DNA of 64,000 bases, from positions 62,001-126,000 of the forward strand of contig JAYWIR010000072.1 of assembly GCA_036172245.1 (NCBI GenBank). The letters are read 5' to 3'. The position numbers and the translations under genes are program-made. The notes under the pieces are model-generated. The model worked only from the letters and a program-made list of their open reading frames with translations. It did no database searches and had not been told where the DNA came from. This document shows, piece by piece, positions 14,101 to 26,400 of this stretch (positions within the stretch are counted from its first letter, which is position 1; each line of letters opens with the position of its first letter). The DNA comes from Raillietiella orientalis. Lineage: Eukaryota.

Positions 14101-16235
14101 AGGCTCATCTCTCCGGTCCAAACGTGTGCAGTCCTTGGACGTCACATGTCGGACAATTTCAAGTGTGCCCAGGCCACCGTCGGCCTCAGCCGATGCGTCG
14201 AAGAGAATCTGGCGCTGGTGTTCACTGACATGGAGAAGACTTGCGACTTCATCGACCATGGGATGCTGCTGAAGGTTCTGGAGAAACTAAGCCTTCCGGA
14301 ACACTTCAGCAACTTCGTGAGGGTGGTACTCCAGAACCAGGACTGCCCAATCAAAATCAACGGCCAGGAGACGGCAGCAATCCGGATAACACGGGGAGTC
14401 CGGCAGGGCGATTCGCTTAGTCCGATGCTGTTCGTCATCTACATGGAGGCGTTGTCGTCCTTTATCGAGAAGAGCGGACGACTGCAAGGCATAACAATCG
14501 ATGGTCAGCGTCTTATTCATCTGGCATACGCTGATGATCTACTCTTTTTTATCAAGGGAGAGAGACATCAACGAGGGTTTCTGGATGTGATAGACCTGAT
14601 GGATCAAGGCCTGGGTCTAAAGATCAACGCCCAGAAAATCCAGCTCTTTCTTGTTGGAATCCTCGATCTCTCTGCTCTAGCGGGAAGAGGATTCTGAACA
14701 GTAGACAAGGCCAAGTACCTGGGTGTCTCCATTGGCGACGTCTCCGCGTCGAAGCTATTGTGTACCGAGATCCTAGGGAAAACGGCCAAGGAAGCAGCCG
14801 AGTACACCCGAACGGACCTTGGAATGAAGCGAAAGGCCAACATATGGAACGGAGTACTCCTTCCAAAAGTGCTCTTCGGGGCGGCCTTCGCGAGGATGAA
14901 CAAGGAAACCACGAGGTAGTTCGACTAGCTGCAGAGAAAAGCACTGTGGGGCCACTATCGCCCAAGAGTCCGACTAAAACCCCTGTGTCGTCCCAGGGAA
15001 GAAGGCGGTTCCTGGATGAAGTCGCTTGCGCACTCCATAGAAATCATAAATACGCGACTCATCCTGGACATTGCCACTCACTGGGATGACTGGCCGTATG
15101 CGGCGCACAGGGCCTACGCGTTGCTGTTGAATAACTCGAAAGGCCTGATGACTGCGCTGCTTTGCCGAGCAGGCGTATGGAAAAAAATTGACCCAACCTG
15201 GACGAGGAAGCAACGGCTGGTGCGAAAGCACAAAATCAAGATCGTGCCGAGAAGTAGGGAACTCTGGCAGGACGAGTCCATCCTGGTGATCCCTTGGATG
15301 CTTCCTGTTTCGCCGGACACGAGAAGTTGGATCCACCAGCGGTCCAGAGTAACCCTTCAACGAATCCAGGAGTGGAAACGAGGAGGGTACCCACATCACA
15401 CTCGTATACTTAGGTATATAGAGATGATGTTAGGAAGGTTTACCCACATGACTCGCGAAGTGTGGTTCAAGCACTACGACTTTGCGTGGTCCAGAGTAAC
15501 CAAAACAAATTTCCGAAGACTAAATCAAGAAGAACATAGTGATATTAGTGCCCTCCAAAGAGCCGCCTATCGCTACGGAAGTGACCGGATCAACCTGTTA
15601 GCGATTGGCACGACGCTCTGAAGGAGTAACCTTCCGCCGGGCACCCAGGATGAATTCCTGATGTTTTATCATGGAGGAATCCAGAGTGGGTGCCGACTGC
15701 AGAACTACACCGGAATAAGGGAAGATCGAGACTGCACAGCATGTGGAGACATCGACACGAGACTTCAGGTCTTGACGTGTCCCACATTGCTGCATGACTG
15801 GCAGATCCTGAAAAGGATCATCGGACTCACGATTAGGTCCGTAATGGAGATCCTCGCCGGGATGTTTCAGGGGGATGGTAATGTTCCCTATTACAATCCC
15901 ATGGTGAGGACGACCATCGCCCTCTTCATCACCGCTATTCTTGTGCGTTGGTGGAAAAGGAGGTAAGCCAGAAGAGCCGCACCACCGATGGAGATCCTAC
16001 AAGGGCTCCTTAAGAGTTAAATCGTCATTAGAAACTGTGGGAAAATCCAAGCCTGTACGTACCGATTCATCCTGAAGAGGGTAGAAGACGACGCCCGGGA
16101 CCAAACAGCAGGAAACCCACCATGAGTGCAAAACTTGTGAGAACCCAAGGACTTCTTAGCGGTAAAAAAGTGCTAATGGTATGGATGAGATTGCAGTGTG
16201 AATGTTTTTATAGAAAAATTTTAGCAAAATGAATT
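11103..16235 (+). mobile_element. Family B: divergent L1/Tx1-type element, 5' end missing, degenerate
   Basis: ORF1 CTGCKQFGHKAGTC and CFRCGKVGHQVRKC; ORF2 SWNVN, LQETH, GDLN, IDH, SDH, WRPISILN, RQGDSLSP, YADD and CTACGDIDTRL..LTC. Confidence 0.9.
12593..16125 (+). pseudogene. Family B ORF2 (APE-RT-CCHC) with in-frame stops and a frameshift
   Basis: ORF pieces 12502..14073, 14095..14697, 15016..15621 and 15661..15966. Confidence 0.85.
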
Positions 16236-16239
16236 TACC

Positions 16240-16760
16240 CTACCATTCGTGGGACTTGGGGAAAACTGCCGATTCGGCGATGGGGCGACTGCATGCAGCG
16301 TGCTTTTGCTCGTCGCGACGCTGCTTTTTACGGCTTTCGTAGCCTTTGCAGAGGGGCCTTCGCTGCAGTGGGGCTGTCCGGAACTCGGAGGGGACAACAG
16401 AAAGGGGCAAGAAGCCTTCGCACTGTTGCGATCTTCCTGTTTTCCTACCTTTCCCTCCAGGGTGTTACGGAGATTTCCTGGTTCCTGGCTCGGAGAGGTG
16501 CCTGCGAGTTTGGCAGAGAGGGAAGACACAGCACGCGTCAAACCCTCGCGCCCCTTTTTAATTGGCTTCCCCGACGTGACTTTCCCCTTTCGGGGCGTTG
16601 CGGGCGGGAATGCGTTCTTTTCATCCGCGGATCGCTCGTGGTTTTTTGCGAGTTTTTGCGGACGACGTTTTTTATTTGCCGCTGCGGCTTTTCGTGCAGT
16701 GGTCTCTTAAACCCGACGAATTTCCGCTGCGGCTCTTTTTCTTCCAAGTACCTGGCACTT
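16240..16760 (-). pseudogene. ORF1 fragment (basic region after the zinc knuckles); host flank of B
   Basis: Paralogous to 35675-36190, which continues into CEQCGKDGH/CRYCKDAGH knuckles. Confidence 0.65.
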
Positions 16761-16764
16761 CTGG

Positions 16765-17822
16765 CAGTGCAAACAGAGGGTGAGCCGCGCGACGCGTTGG
16801 TCGACACCGAGGACGCCGCGTTCGCAAAGGCGGCGGAGGAGCTCGCGGCCACGCTAGCGGAGCGTGAGAACCCCTCACGCAAGGCCGTGCGAAGAATGGC
16901 TCCCGCGAAAAAGGCCCCCACAGGTGAGTCGGACCTGGGGGCTGGAAGTGCATCCTCCTCCTTGGAAGCACCCCCCAGGAAGTCGGGACACAAGTCCCAG
17001 AAACCCAGGAGCCGCCTCCCCTCCACCAGCGAGGAGGAGAAGCAGGAAGCTAGCGGTAGCGTGGAAATCCCGGAGGGGGAACTCCCACGTTCGGTAGCCG
17101 TCGAGCCGGCCACCCCCATGGAGGAGGGTGAGCAGGGGGGCGAAGTCCTCCCTGCAGTCTCCGAGCATGAACAGCCCGCCCCCATGGAGGAGGGCCAACA
17201 GGTAGGCGCGAACCCACCTGAGGGTGACCCGCTCGACGCGCCGTTACCCATGGGGCAGGGGGACCAGGTGCACGCAGCGCCTGACCCTCCTCCTCCACCT
17301 ACCGTCCCGCCCCAACAGGTGGCGGACGCCGCATCGCCATCTTCCCAGGAGTAACATTGGGGCTCGCCAGTCGCCGTCGGATTCGCGCCGCCTGTTGGAA
17401 CGTCAAAGGGCTGCGCGACGACGGTAACAGGCGAGATACGGCCGACACCCTGCGTGAGCTCGACCTGGCCCTGCTGCAGGAGATCCACGTGATCACAGCG
17501 GCAGACGCCCAGGAGATCGAGACGATCGCGGGAGGTCGGTTGTATTGGCGGTGCGGCCTCTGCAACACCTGCGGGGTTGCGTTCTTCGTGAAGCCGGCCA
17601 TCGACGCTGCCGTGAAGGGCGTGCGCTTCGATGACGACAGTCGGGTCGGTCAGCTGATTCTCAGCTGGTCCGACTCGATCGAACTGATCGTCACGAATGT
17701 GTACGCCCCCAGCGGTAAACAGGGATACAGCGACCGTACCAGGTTGCTGGAATCCCTGAAGCGCGACTGGCTGGCGGACACGAACGTGCGGAAGGCTCAC
17801 CTGATAGCGGGAGATTTCAATC
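16765..17822 (+). mobile_element. Family A copy: ORF1 C-terminus and APE up to GDFN (left host flank of C)
   Basis: Closely similar to the reverse complement of 1095-2150; stops exactly at GDFN. Confidence 0.85.
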
Positions 17823-17900
17823 GAGTGCGGACGTGTTTTTCTTCGCTCTCGTCTCCGTGCTTTCATCCGCTTCATCTGGGCGTCGTACATTTTGACGACG

Positions 17901-19811
17901 ATGTCGACCCAACTTGAAGCTACTGAAGTTGGAGGAACAGCATCCGGATCTGCAATCGCGGAACCGACGGCCGCCTCCCCTTCGTCTTTCTCGCCAATGG
18001 AGAGGAGTTTTGCTGACGTTGCTGCCACAGCAGCCGTCAAAGGGAAACCACTCGACGAGTCGGAGTTGCGGGCATACGTAGCCCAAGGCTATAGACCTGC
18101 TCTCCGATATAAGGTGAGTGGTTTCTTTCTGCGCGCGACGGGAATCAGTTCAACGATGAACTGACGCGTGTTGGCGTGCGGGAGGAGGACCTTCTCGCCA
18201 TTATGCCCGTAAAAGACATGGGCTATTTCAAGGTGCGTTGCAAAGACGCTGCACTTGTGCAACGCTTGCTGCGCACCCCGTTGTCGATCCGTGGCCAGAA
18301 GGTCTTCCCGGCCGCCATGGACGACTCATTTGTGGTGGAGATTTTCGACATCGAGTCAAAAATCTCCGATACTGATATTCGCAACGCGTTGGCGAAATTC
18401 GCCACGGTCCATGCGCTGTGGAGGGTGCGTAGCAACCTCAAGCACTTCCCGTCCATACACAGCGGAGTCGCTGGAGTCCGGCTTACAATGCCTGACCGCC
18501 GTCTGCTGCCCACCAAACTACAGGTGAAAGACACGGTCGTTCACCTGTGGTTCGTGGGCAAAGTAAAAACGTGCGAGCAATGCGGGAAGTAGGGGCATTG
18601 TTTGGATAAATGCCCCTCTGGAAAATGCCGTTATTGCAAACTATCCGGGCACCAATTGAAAGATTGCCCGGATCTTTTGTGAAAAAAAAAAGCGGCGGAG
18701 CTCCATTTTAAAAAACAAAGCGCGGATAAAAAGAAAAAATCTGCGTAAAACCTGGAGACCCCACGGCAGAAATTCGGTAAAAACGCGAGGCGGAATGTCG
18801 CCCCAAAGCAGCAGGAAACCTCGCACGCGAAGCCCTGCGCACCCCCTCTCGCGGCAGGGGAGCCGCAAAAGAAAGAGTGCGGGGAATCCGGGGCAATGGT
18901 AAGTCCCCCTAGGCGCAATAGCTCTCCTTCCCAAGCACGCCCGGCTCTCTCGGAGTTCGAGCAACCGGCATGGACGCCAATGGACAACGGCGGTAAGGAC
19001 ACTTCCAGTAACGTCAGATCCAATCCTTCACCTCCTGCAGTGGCTGAGAAGCCCAAATCGGGTAAAAACGGTTGTGTTGTGTCGACTTCGAAAGTCGGCA
19101 AAAAAAAATCCGCGTCGCGATCCAACATTGCGAAAGCGGAGAAAAATCTCACGCCGTCGCAGTCGGAGAGCAAGCTCTCGACTGGCGCGGATGCCATGCC
19201 AACGAAGGGATTAAAAGCCCTTCCGAAAGCAGCGTCCATGACGAGCGTGTCGGAGCCATCGAAAGTGCTCCCGTCCAAAGACGCGGATGGCTTAAAAGAT
19301 GGCCATGGAGCACAATCTCCATTTACGGCGCCACGCGAAGTGAGGAACCGTAATGAAGTAAAGAAGACTTCAGCAAAGGTCCCTCGTGCAACTGCGCGTG
19401 AGCACGCTGAAAACGCGCGCGCCGGGAAAGCAGCCGTCACCAAAAGCGATGCTCTGGTGACGGAAAACGAAAACAGGACAGCTGTCAATCCAGCAGAACC
19501 TGTCACTGCTTCGCGGAAGGCCGAAACCCGATCGAACATGCGCCGATCGGACTCCGAAATGGATGCCGTTCCGATCACCGAGACGAGGACAACTCGTTGG
19601 AAAGCGTGTGCGCGCCGATCAAAAGTAGGCAGCCAGGCAACGCTCGCCGCGAGGCAACGCGAAGTCTCCACGAAACCCGACGGGGTTCAGCCTGGCGTGG
19701 AGGCATTACATGCATGCAGCACGACAGAGGACGGTGGCGACCGTCCCCTCCAGCCAGTCGTGCTGCTCGCCGGATAAAGCGAGCAAAAAGCTGCCACCTT
19801 CCCAGCAGTAA
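17901..19811 (+). pseudogene. Family C ORF1 (zinc knuckles, long basic tail), disrupted
   Basis: GYRPALRYKV, LWFVGKVKTCEQCGK*GH..C and CRYCKLSGHQLKDC. Confidence 0.8.
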
Positions 19812-22800
19812 TGCGGGGAATCGCGTTTTCTCGTCGTCTGTCCGTAACGTGTTGAAACGTGAACGGACTGCAGAACGACGAGAAGAGGCGATTAGTAGCC
19901 AACGCCCTGCGCCCCTTCGACCTCGCGCTGCTGCAGGAGATTCACGTAATCTCCGACGAGCAGGCAGCCGAAATCGAGGAGCGCGCAGGCGGAACGCTAC
20001 ATTGGCGGTGCGGCGGCGCACACACCTGCGGCGTCGCGTTCCTCGTAAGAGGAAAAATGGCGGAAGCGGGGCGTACTGTTCGTTTCGATGACAACGGACG
20101 GATAGGCCAGCTTGTCATCAAGTGGTCCGAGTCCATCGATCTCGTCGTTACGAACGTCTACGCGCCGAGTGGCTCTCGCTACCTCGAAGAAAGAGTAGCT
20201 TTCTTTGGTGAGGTGCAGAGCCAGTGGCTCAACAACTCCGGCTTCCAAGTGGCGCACCTCGTAGCTGGGGACTTCAACGTCCGCCTGCTCTCCGACCATT
20301 GGAGCCGCCCGAGAGAGCGCGCGCTTCCCATCGAGATGTGCGCGTCCGTGCTCGCCGCCAACTTGATGGTCAGCGAACCTGGAATGGAAAGATCGCTCGA
20401 TCACGTTTTCCTCAATGAAAACCTGCATTCGCGTGTGGGTAGGAGAGGAAGATTGTTGACTGAGCTCTCTGACCACCACAGGTTGGAGTTTGAGATCCTT
20501 CCGCCAGGCAGGGAGCCTCCGTTGCAAAGCTGGAGGATGCAGGCCGATTGGCTTAGCCAACCGGAGGCTGCGGAGCATCTACGTGGATACCTCCGGGGCC
20601 TTGCCATTCAAGAACTTGCGGACTAGGACGATCTCAAAAGATGTGTCCGCGAGTTCTGTTGCCAATTCCCCTTGCACCGGCTTCCACGCGGTTTCGGAGA
20701 GGGCGTGGCCAACAGTAGAGACTTTCTGCAGGCCCGCACGTTTTCGAGACGCGCGGATGTCGGGCGTCTCGCAGAGTACAAGGCGAGGGCCGAGCGCCAG
20801 GTCTGGCAGTCCGGAGCAGCATGTTTGTTGGACGACAAGGGCCAGGAATGTTCGGCCCCAGCCGAAGTACGCCGCATTGTGAGACGCTACTACTCCTCGC
20901 TCTACGCGGAATCCCCGACGGAGGATATTCTTTCTGAGATACTCCTGTCTCAGGATGCTCTTGTTGTCGGCGAGGAGGAACGCGATCGTCTCGACGAGCC
21001 CTTCACGGCGTATGAATTTTCGTCCGCCATCGCTGGGCTGAAGAGACGAAAGGCGCCAGGCGAGGATGGGCTCCCTGCAGAGTTTTATCAGTGCTTTGCA
21101 GTGGAGGTCATTCTCTTGATGCTAAAACTCGCGACGCTGATGAGTGAATCCGGGAATGTCCCTGATTCCTTCCGCTCAGCGAAGGTGCATCTCCTGCCGA
21201 AAGGCGGAGACTTGCGTCAACTTAACCACTGGCGTCCGATCACCTTGGTTAACTCGGACGTCACGTTGTTTTCCAAGCTGTGGGTCGCGCGGTTAGGAAG
21301 TATCGCGGAATCTGTGGTGAGCCCGGAACAAACCTACGCAGTTCCGGGACGATCCATGGAGGCGAACATCCTTTTCGCGCGTACATCGATGCAGCTGCAG
21401 GAAGTTGTGGCGCAGCAAAGCCAGGCTGCTGCGAAAGTCACTGCCGCAGGCAAGAAGAACAGGCGCTGACGGCAGGAGGGAACGCCAGGTGCCTTGGCGG
21501 TCGCGGTGGATCTCCACAAGGCGTTCGACTGCGTAAACCAGAAGCTGCTTTTGGAGCTAATGGAACGCCTTGGGTTCCCGGCGCAACTCCTGCTGTATTT
21601 GCGCGCGTGCTGGCGCCACGCGCTAACCTGCATCACTTTTAGCGGCTGCCGCGTGTATGGTATTCCCGTTCGTAGGGGCATCCGACAGGGCGACAGCTTA
21701 AGACCGTTTTCTCTTCAGCACCTTCTTTGAGTTGGTGCTAAGAGCATACAGGCTGACGCTGTCTCACTTGCCAAGCTCCTGCCCGGGAACGCCTGCCGTG
21801 GCCGCCTACGCTGATGACCTGCTTCTTCTGCTCCTCATGTCCACCACGGCGTCCAGTGACGAGGATTTCTTCGACCTGATTCGTCGGGGAGCGGGCGTGA
21901 GCGTGAACAGAGAGAAGAGCGTGGTCGTTCCTCTGGGTACGTCGTGGGAGGGGCAGTCCGACTGGATCCGCCTGGGGATCCCCACGGGCGGGTACTTTAA
22001 GTACCTTGGCGTTTCGTTGGGCGCTTTCGGCGCAGCCGAAGCGTGGGCGGACTGTCTTCAGAAAGCAGAGTTGGCCATCAGCCCGTTCTTTAACGGCAAG
22101 TTCACGTTGCAGGAACAAGCGACTATTTGGAACACCTTTGTGGCCCCCCTCCTTCGTCCCCTGTTTTTTGTTTTGGACCCCCCCTATGCGGCAAAACAGC
22201 GGGCTAAGCGCCTGCTCAGGAACGCTCTCTGGGGTCCGGCGATATCCAGGATCCGCCTTAAAGATTTGTCAGCTCCGCGTCGGGATGCTGGTTTGGGTAT
22301 CCTGACAATGGAGCGAATCGGACTGCAGGTGCAGTTCCGACTGCTGGCACTGTGTGCCCAGCTATGGACATCCCCCCTGTGTGTGCCAGCTCGCATTCTC
22401 CTGCGGAGATGCGCCTGCAGTGGAGGATTTCTCTCGCTTTTGCCGGTCACTCAATACAGGAAGCGGGGTTTCGGTTTTCCATTGCGGCAGTTGACCGCAC
22501 TTCTGGAAGCACACTCTTGAATCTCCTGCCGCCCAATAAACTTTGAAGCTTGGCGGCAGGAGTCTGTTGAATCCTGGGCGGCGTTCCAAGGAATACGCCC
22601 TGAAGATCTCCGCCCCCTGCGCCAATTTTTTCCACGATCCTTGGAAGAAGTACTGCAGGACGAGGTGAAGTTTTCTACCCTGGCTGCCACGCCTCTTGCC
22701 GCAGCGCTGTCTGCCCTCAGGGCAAGAAACGACAGTTACCAACCGGCGAGGTGGGAGGTTTCCTGCACGATAGCGGGAAGAACCAGACTCCTTGGCACCT

Positions 22801-23405
22801 GGAAGACAAGTGAGTTGGCGGACGCCGCCACTCCTCGTGTTACTGCAAAGGGACTCCTCCGGTGGGCAGAAGAACTTGCTGTCACCCCCGAAGAACTTGT
22901 AGTCCTTCCACAGTGTATGGACAGTTCGCTGCTCCCCCTTGCTTGGAAATAAGCCGTGCTGCTTTTCGTCCACTGGGGTTTTCAGTGCAACGAGCGTTGG
23001 CATCGTGACTCCGGGGGACTTGCGTCTGCGACCTGCGTTCGGTGCGGATCGACGGAGTCGATTCCGCACCTACTTCTGGAGTGCGGTGTCCTACAAGGAC
23101 TGTGGCGTAGGCTGGCAACAGCACTATTGCATCCCGTGGACACCGCAAGAGACTTGCTGCGACGATTCTTCACGCCGAGCGGGCTTTCACTAAGCGCAAG
23201 GATTGCAACCATCGGTTGCATACAAGCGATAGTTTCCGTCCGCCAGGCGTTGGTAATCAACGGACAGCACCAAGAGGTAATCAGCAAAGCATCCTTCTAC
23301 ATGGGAGCATCCGCTAGATGGCCTCATTTGACAGAGGAGACAATGAGGAGTCTCGCCGCAATACACCGCCGGTTTACACACCCTCATCAGCGGCCAGCCC
23401 GGTGA
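19811..23405 (+). pseudogene. Family C ORF2 APE-RT-CCHC, disrupted by stops and a frameshift
   Basis: LQEIH, GDFN, SLDH, LSDH, KAPGEDG, DLHKAFD, GIRQGD, YADD and CVRCGSTESIPHLLLEC. Confidence 0.9.
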
Positions 23406-23718
23406 TCATTGCCCTACCCTCCATAAACTAAATTTGTATTTTCTTTTTACACCCGCGTCCCCATAGGCTCCGGAACATTTTAGGTGCTCATCGTATAAAT
23501 CCCCGTGAGTACGGAGCCTAACCAAAAACCCGTTACCCTTCCCTCCAGTTTTTGATTTTTGTTTGTTTCCCCTCATTTCCCCCACGCTGCGAGCGGTTTG
23601 TTTACCAGGCCTGCGTGCCGGTAATTTTTCTATGTTCTCTGTCGTTCTCTTGGTTGGGGACATTGTCCCTGACCAGTTTATTATTATTAATAAACGCCCC
23701 GGCGTGACCGGTTGATAA

Positions 23719-24061
23719 ATTTCAATCTCCGTCTGCTAACAGGTGAGCCAGAAACACAAGTGGACGCGATGAACCAGTTGTGCGCCGCCATGCGTGCGCG
23801 CAACTTGTTCACGGGTGAGAGAGGAATGGTCCGCAGCATCGACCACGTCTTCCTCGACGCTGACCTGTGTTCACGGGTCGGCAAACTGGGGAGGGTTGCG
23901 TCGACGTTGTCGGACCATTGCCGGCTAATTTTCGAGTTGCGGCCTCGCGACAAAGGATCGCCATCCAGGGATTGCCTTCTGCCGGGAGACTAAACGCGAC
24001 TCTCAGGTGCGAAGGAACACCTTCGCGAACACCTTAGAGGCATCACGCTCCGGAATCTCCA
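23719..24061 (+). pseudogene. Host APE continuation (right flank of C), cut by F
   Basis: FNLRLLTGEPE...SIDHVFLD...LSDH...ITLRNL. Confidence 0.8.
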
Positions 24062-24798
24062 TCGAAACCCGGGTGCGCCGGGACGTTTATTCTCACGAAT
24101 AAACCTATACAATCTGTGACTGGACCAGTAGTCCAGCCACGCCCTGGAAAGATATAGCTTGCCGTTCTACTAGTGCGCTGACCGGCGCGGTCGACCTCGG
24201 CAGCAGAGGGGAGGGGGAACGAAACAAAAAAAAACAAAAAATAAACAAAAATCATTGAGAGAGCGGGAAGGGATCACAGTCTGCTGGGAGTGTCCGTCAT
24301 CCTCTGGAGAATGCCGACAAGCTGTTTATGCTTGTGTGGTTCCAGATGGGGCCATCGCGTCGCAATCCTGAGGAAACGGGCGGCATACACGTTGGCATCC
24401 CTGTCGCTGGATCCTCCCGTCGCTTTGCTCCATGCCACGACGATACCGCGTAGGCAGCACAGGGCTGCAAGCGAGGCCGCTGGAGGCAGGGCGTCACGGA
24501 CGAACAGGGGGCGCAAAGCGTCTCTGGGGTTGCCTCCGGGGATCCCCAGGGCTGCGGCAAACCGTTCCCACAAGGGACGGAGGGCAACACAATCCACTAA
24601 CAGGTGGGGAAGGTATCCCTCTCCACGGACCTGACACAATTAGGGTTGACACCCCCCCGCGTCCAGTGGTGTCGGCGGGAGTTGCAGGGAAGACCCCATG
24701 CAACACCAGCAGCGACGACGGTCAGACGTGTTCTCTGCGCGCTCCTGACTCGCTCGACTTTATTGGTGTGAGGTGCGGTGCATCCCGGTGGTCGGAGG

Positions 24799-26400
24799 AT
24801 GGCAGAAATGCCTGATCCCGCCACTAGTGAATGTTGGGTGGGGGCCGGGCGAACGTCCCCCGTACCCATGGAGATAAAGGCACCTGCCCCGGAAGCTCCG
24901 TCCCCCCCGCCGGCGACGGACTACAGCGCCGCGGTCGTCGCGCCATCTGCAGCGGCCATCGCCGAGGCCCAGGCCTACAAGGCCTACAACTACAACCCGA
25001 GTCTGCTGTATAAGGTAGGCCGGGTGTTTGATGACTGTGTGGCGCGCTCCTTCGAGAAGGAGCTCTACCGTTTGAACGTTAACAAGGAGGATCTGCTGGG
25101 TCTCTCCATCCGCAGCGGGGGACAGCATGTCGAGTTGACCTGCAAAGAAGCAGGGTTGGCGCAAAGACTGCTGCGAACCCCCGTCAGGGTCGAGGGCCGC
25201 CAGATCTTCCCTGTCCCGGTGGACAACTCAATAGTTGTCCACCTCCGTGGAATCACCGTGCGGATGTCACCGAGCGCCGTGAGGGCTGAACTCAGCAAAT
25301 TCGGCACCATACACGCGCTGTGGCTGAAGCCCAACAGGTTCCGTACTTATGACGGACTCCTGAGCGGACTCGCCGCGGCACGTGTAACTGTGAATAAGGA
25401 CATTGGGGTTCCCCATAAACTAGTAGTCGACGGAGATTCTGTCGACATCTGGTATCTGGGGAAACCCAAATACTGTGCGTTTTGTGATGGTACGGGGCAC
25501 GTGAAGAAACGCTGCCCCAACATCACCTGCCGCAAGTGCGAGGCAATCGGGCACACGGAAGAAGTGTGCCCCAAAAATACTTCGCGCGCGCCGGCTGCTG
25601 CCGTGAGCGGCACGAACGCGAGCAAGAAGCCTGGCAAGACCAGGCCGCCGTCTGAAAATACGGTTGACCCGGAGCCATCCAAAAAGGGCATCCCGACCAC
25701 CCCGTCTGCAGAAACGCAGGCAACCTAGGTGGAAGGAAAAGAGCCTGGCTGGCAAAAGGTCAGTCTAAAGAAAAAGAAAGAAAAAAAGGACGTAAATAAT
25801 AAAAATAAAGTCCCTGCAAAAACCGCGAAACCCGCGAAAAAGCAGGGACTGAAAAAATGCACGGACGCACTGGAGCGCCTTGCAGACGCCGAAGTGCCGT
25901 GCGAACAGGACGTTGCCGTGTGCAACATCGCTGACAGCCCCGTCGCTGTGCAAACAGCGTCCGAGGGCTGCGGCGAGGGGGAGAGCCGCGATGACGCGGG
26001 CTTTGCAATAGCAGCCGCCGAGCTCGCCGCCAGTCAGCAGCCTCCCGCAAAGGTCGGGAAGAAGGCCGTTCGACGTCCGGCCGAGAGGAGGGGGACCGGG
26101 ACCTCGGACTCGGACCCGGAGACCGGACACGCACCATCCGCATCTGCACCCCCGAGGAAGACCGGAAGGAAAATCCGTAACCCGAGGAGGATCGTCTCCT
26201 CCGAGGAAGGGGAATCCTCCGGAAACGAGGGTGCGGCGAGCGTGGGAGAGATGGACACGAGTCCTGAACTCCCACGATCGGTCGAGACGGAGCCGATGGA
26301 GACGGAGGGGGTCGTCGAGCCGCCCCCCACCGCACAGGAGAAAGCCGGCGTCCCGCCCCTAGGTGAGGCGGGAGACGCAGCATCACTTTCCCAGCAGTAA
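24799..26400 (+). pseudogene. Family G ORF1, one in-frame stop at 25726-25728
   Basis: YNPSLLYKVG, WYLGKPKYCAFCDGTGHVKKRC and CRKCEAIGHTEEVC; ORF 25729..26400 continues in frame. Confidence 0.88.

Larger units (their letters stand above)
17823..23718 (+). mobile_element. Full-length family C element (~5.9 kb) with 9-bp TSD ATTTCAATC
   Basis: TSD at 17814-17822 and 23719-23727; 5' GGACGTG at 17829; ORF1, TAATG at 19809, ORF2, 3' hairpin at 23689-23714. Confidence 0.92.

Noticed and set aside
17795..17835. Initiator element supplied by the target upstream of GGACGTG
   Set aside because: TCACCT is present but is a weak match and about 3 nt off canonical Inr-DPE spacing.
16538..18040. Long antisense ORFs (500 aa here; also 6506..7687 and 18631..19671) as novel genes
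   Set aside because: They are shadow frames of GC-rich retrotransposon coding sequence. The first two cross insertion junctions, and none has a recognisable domain.
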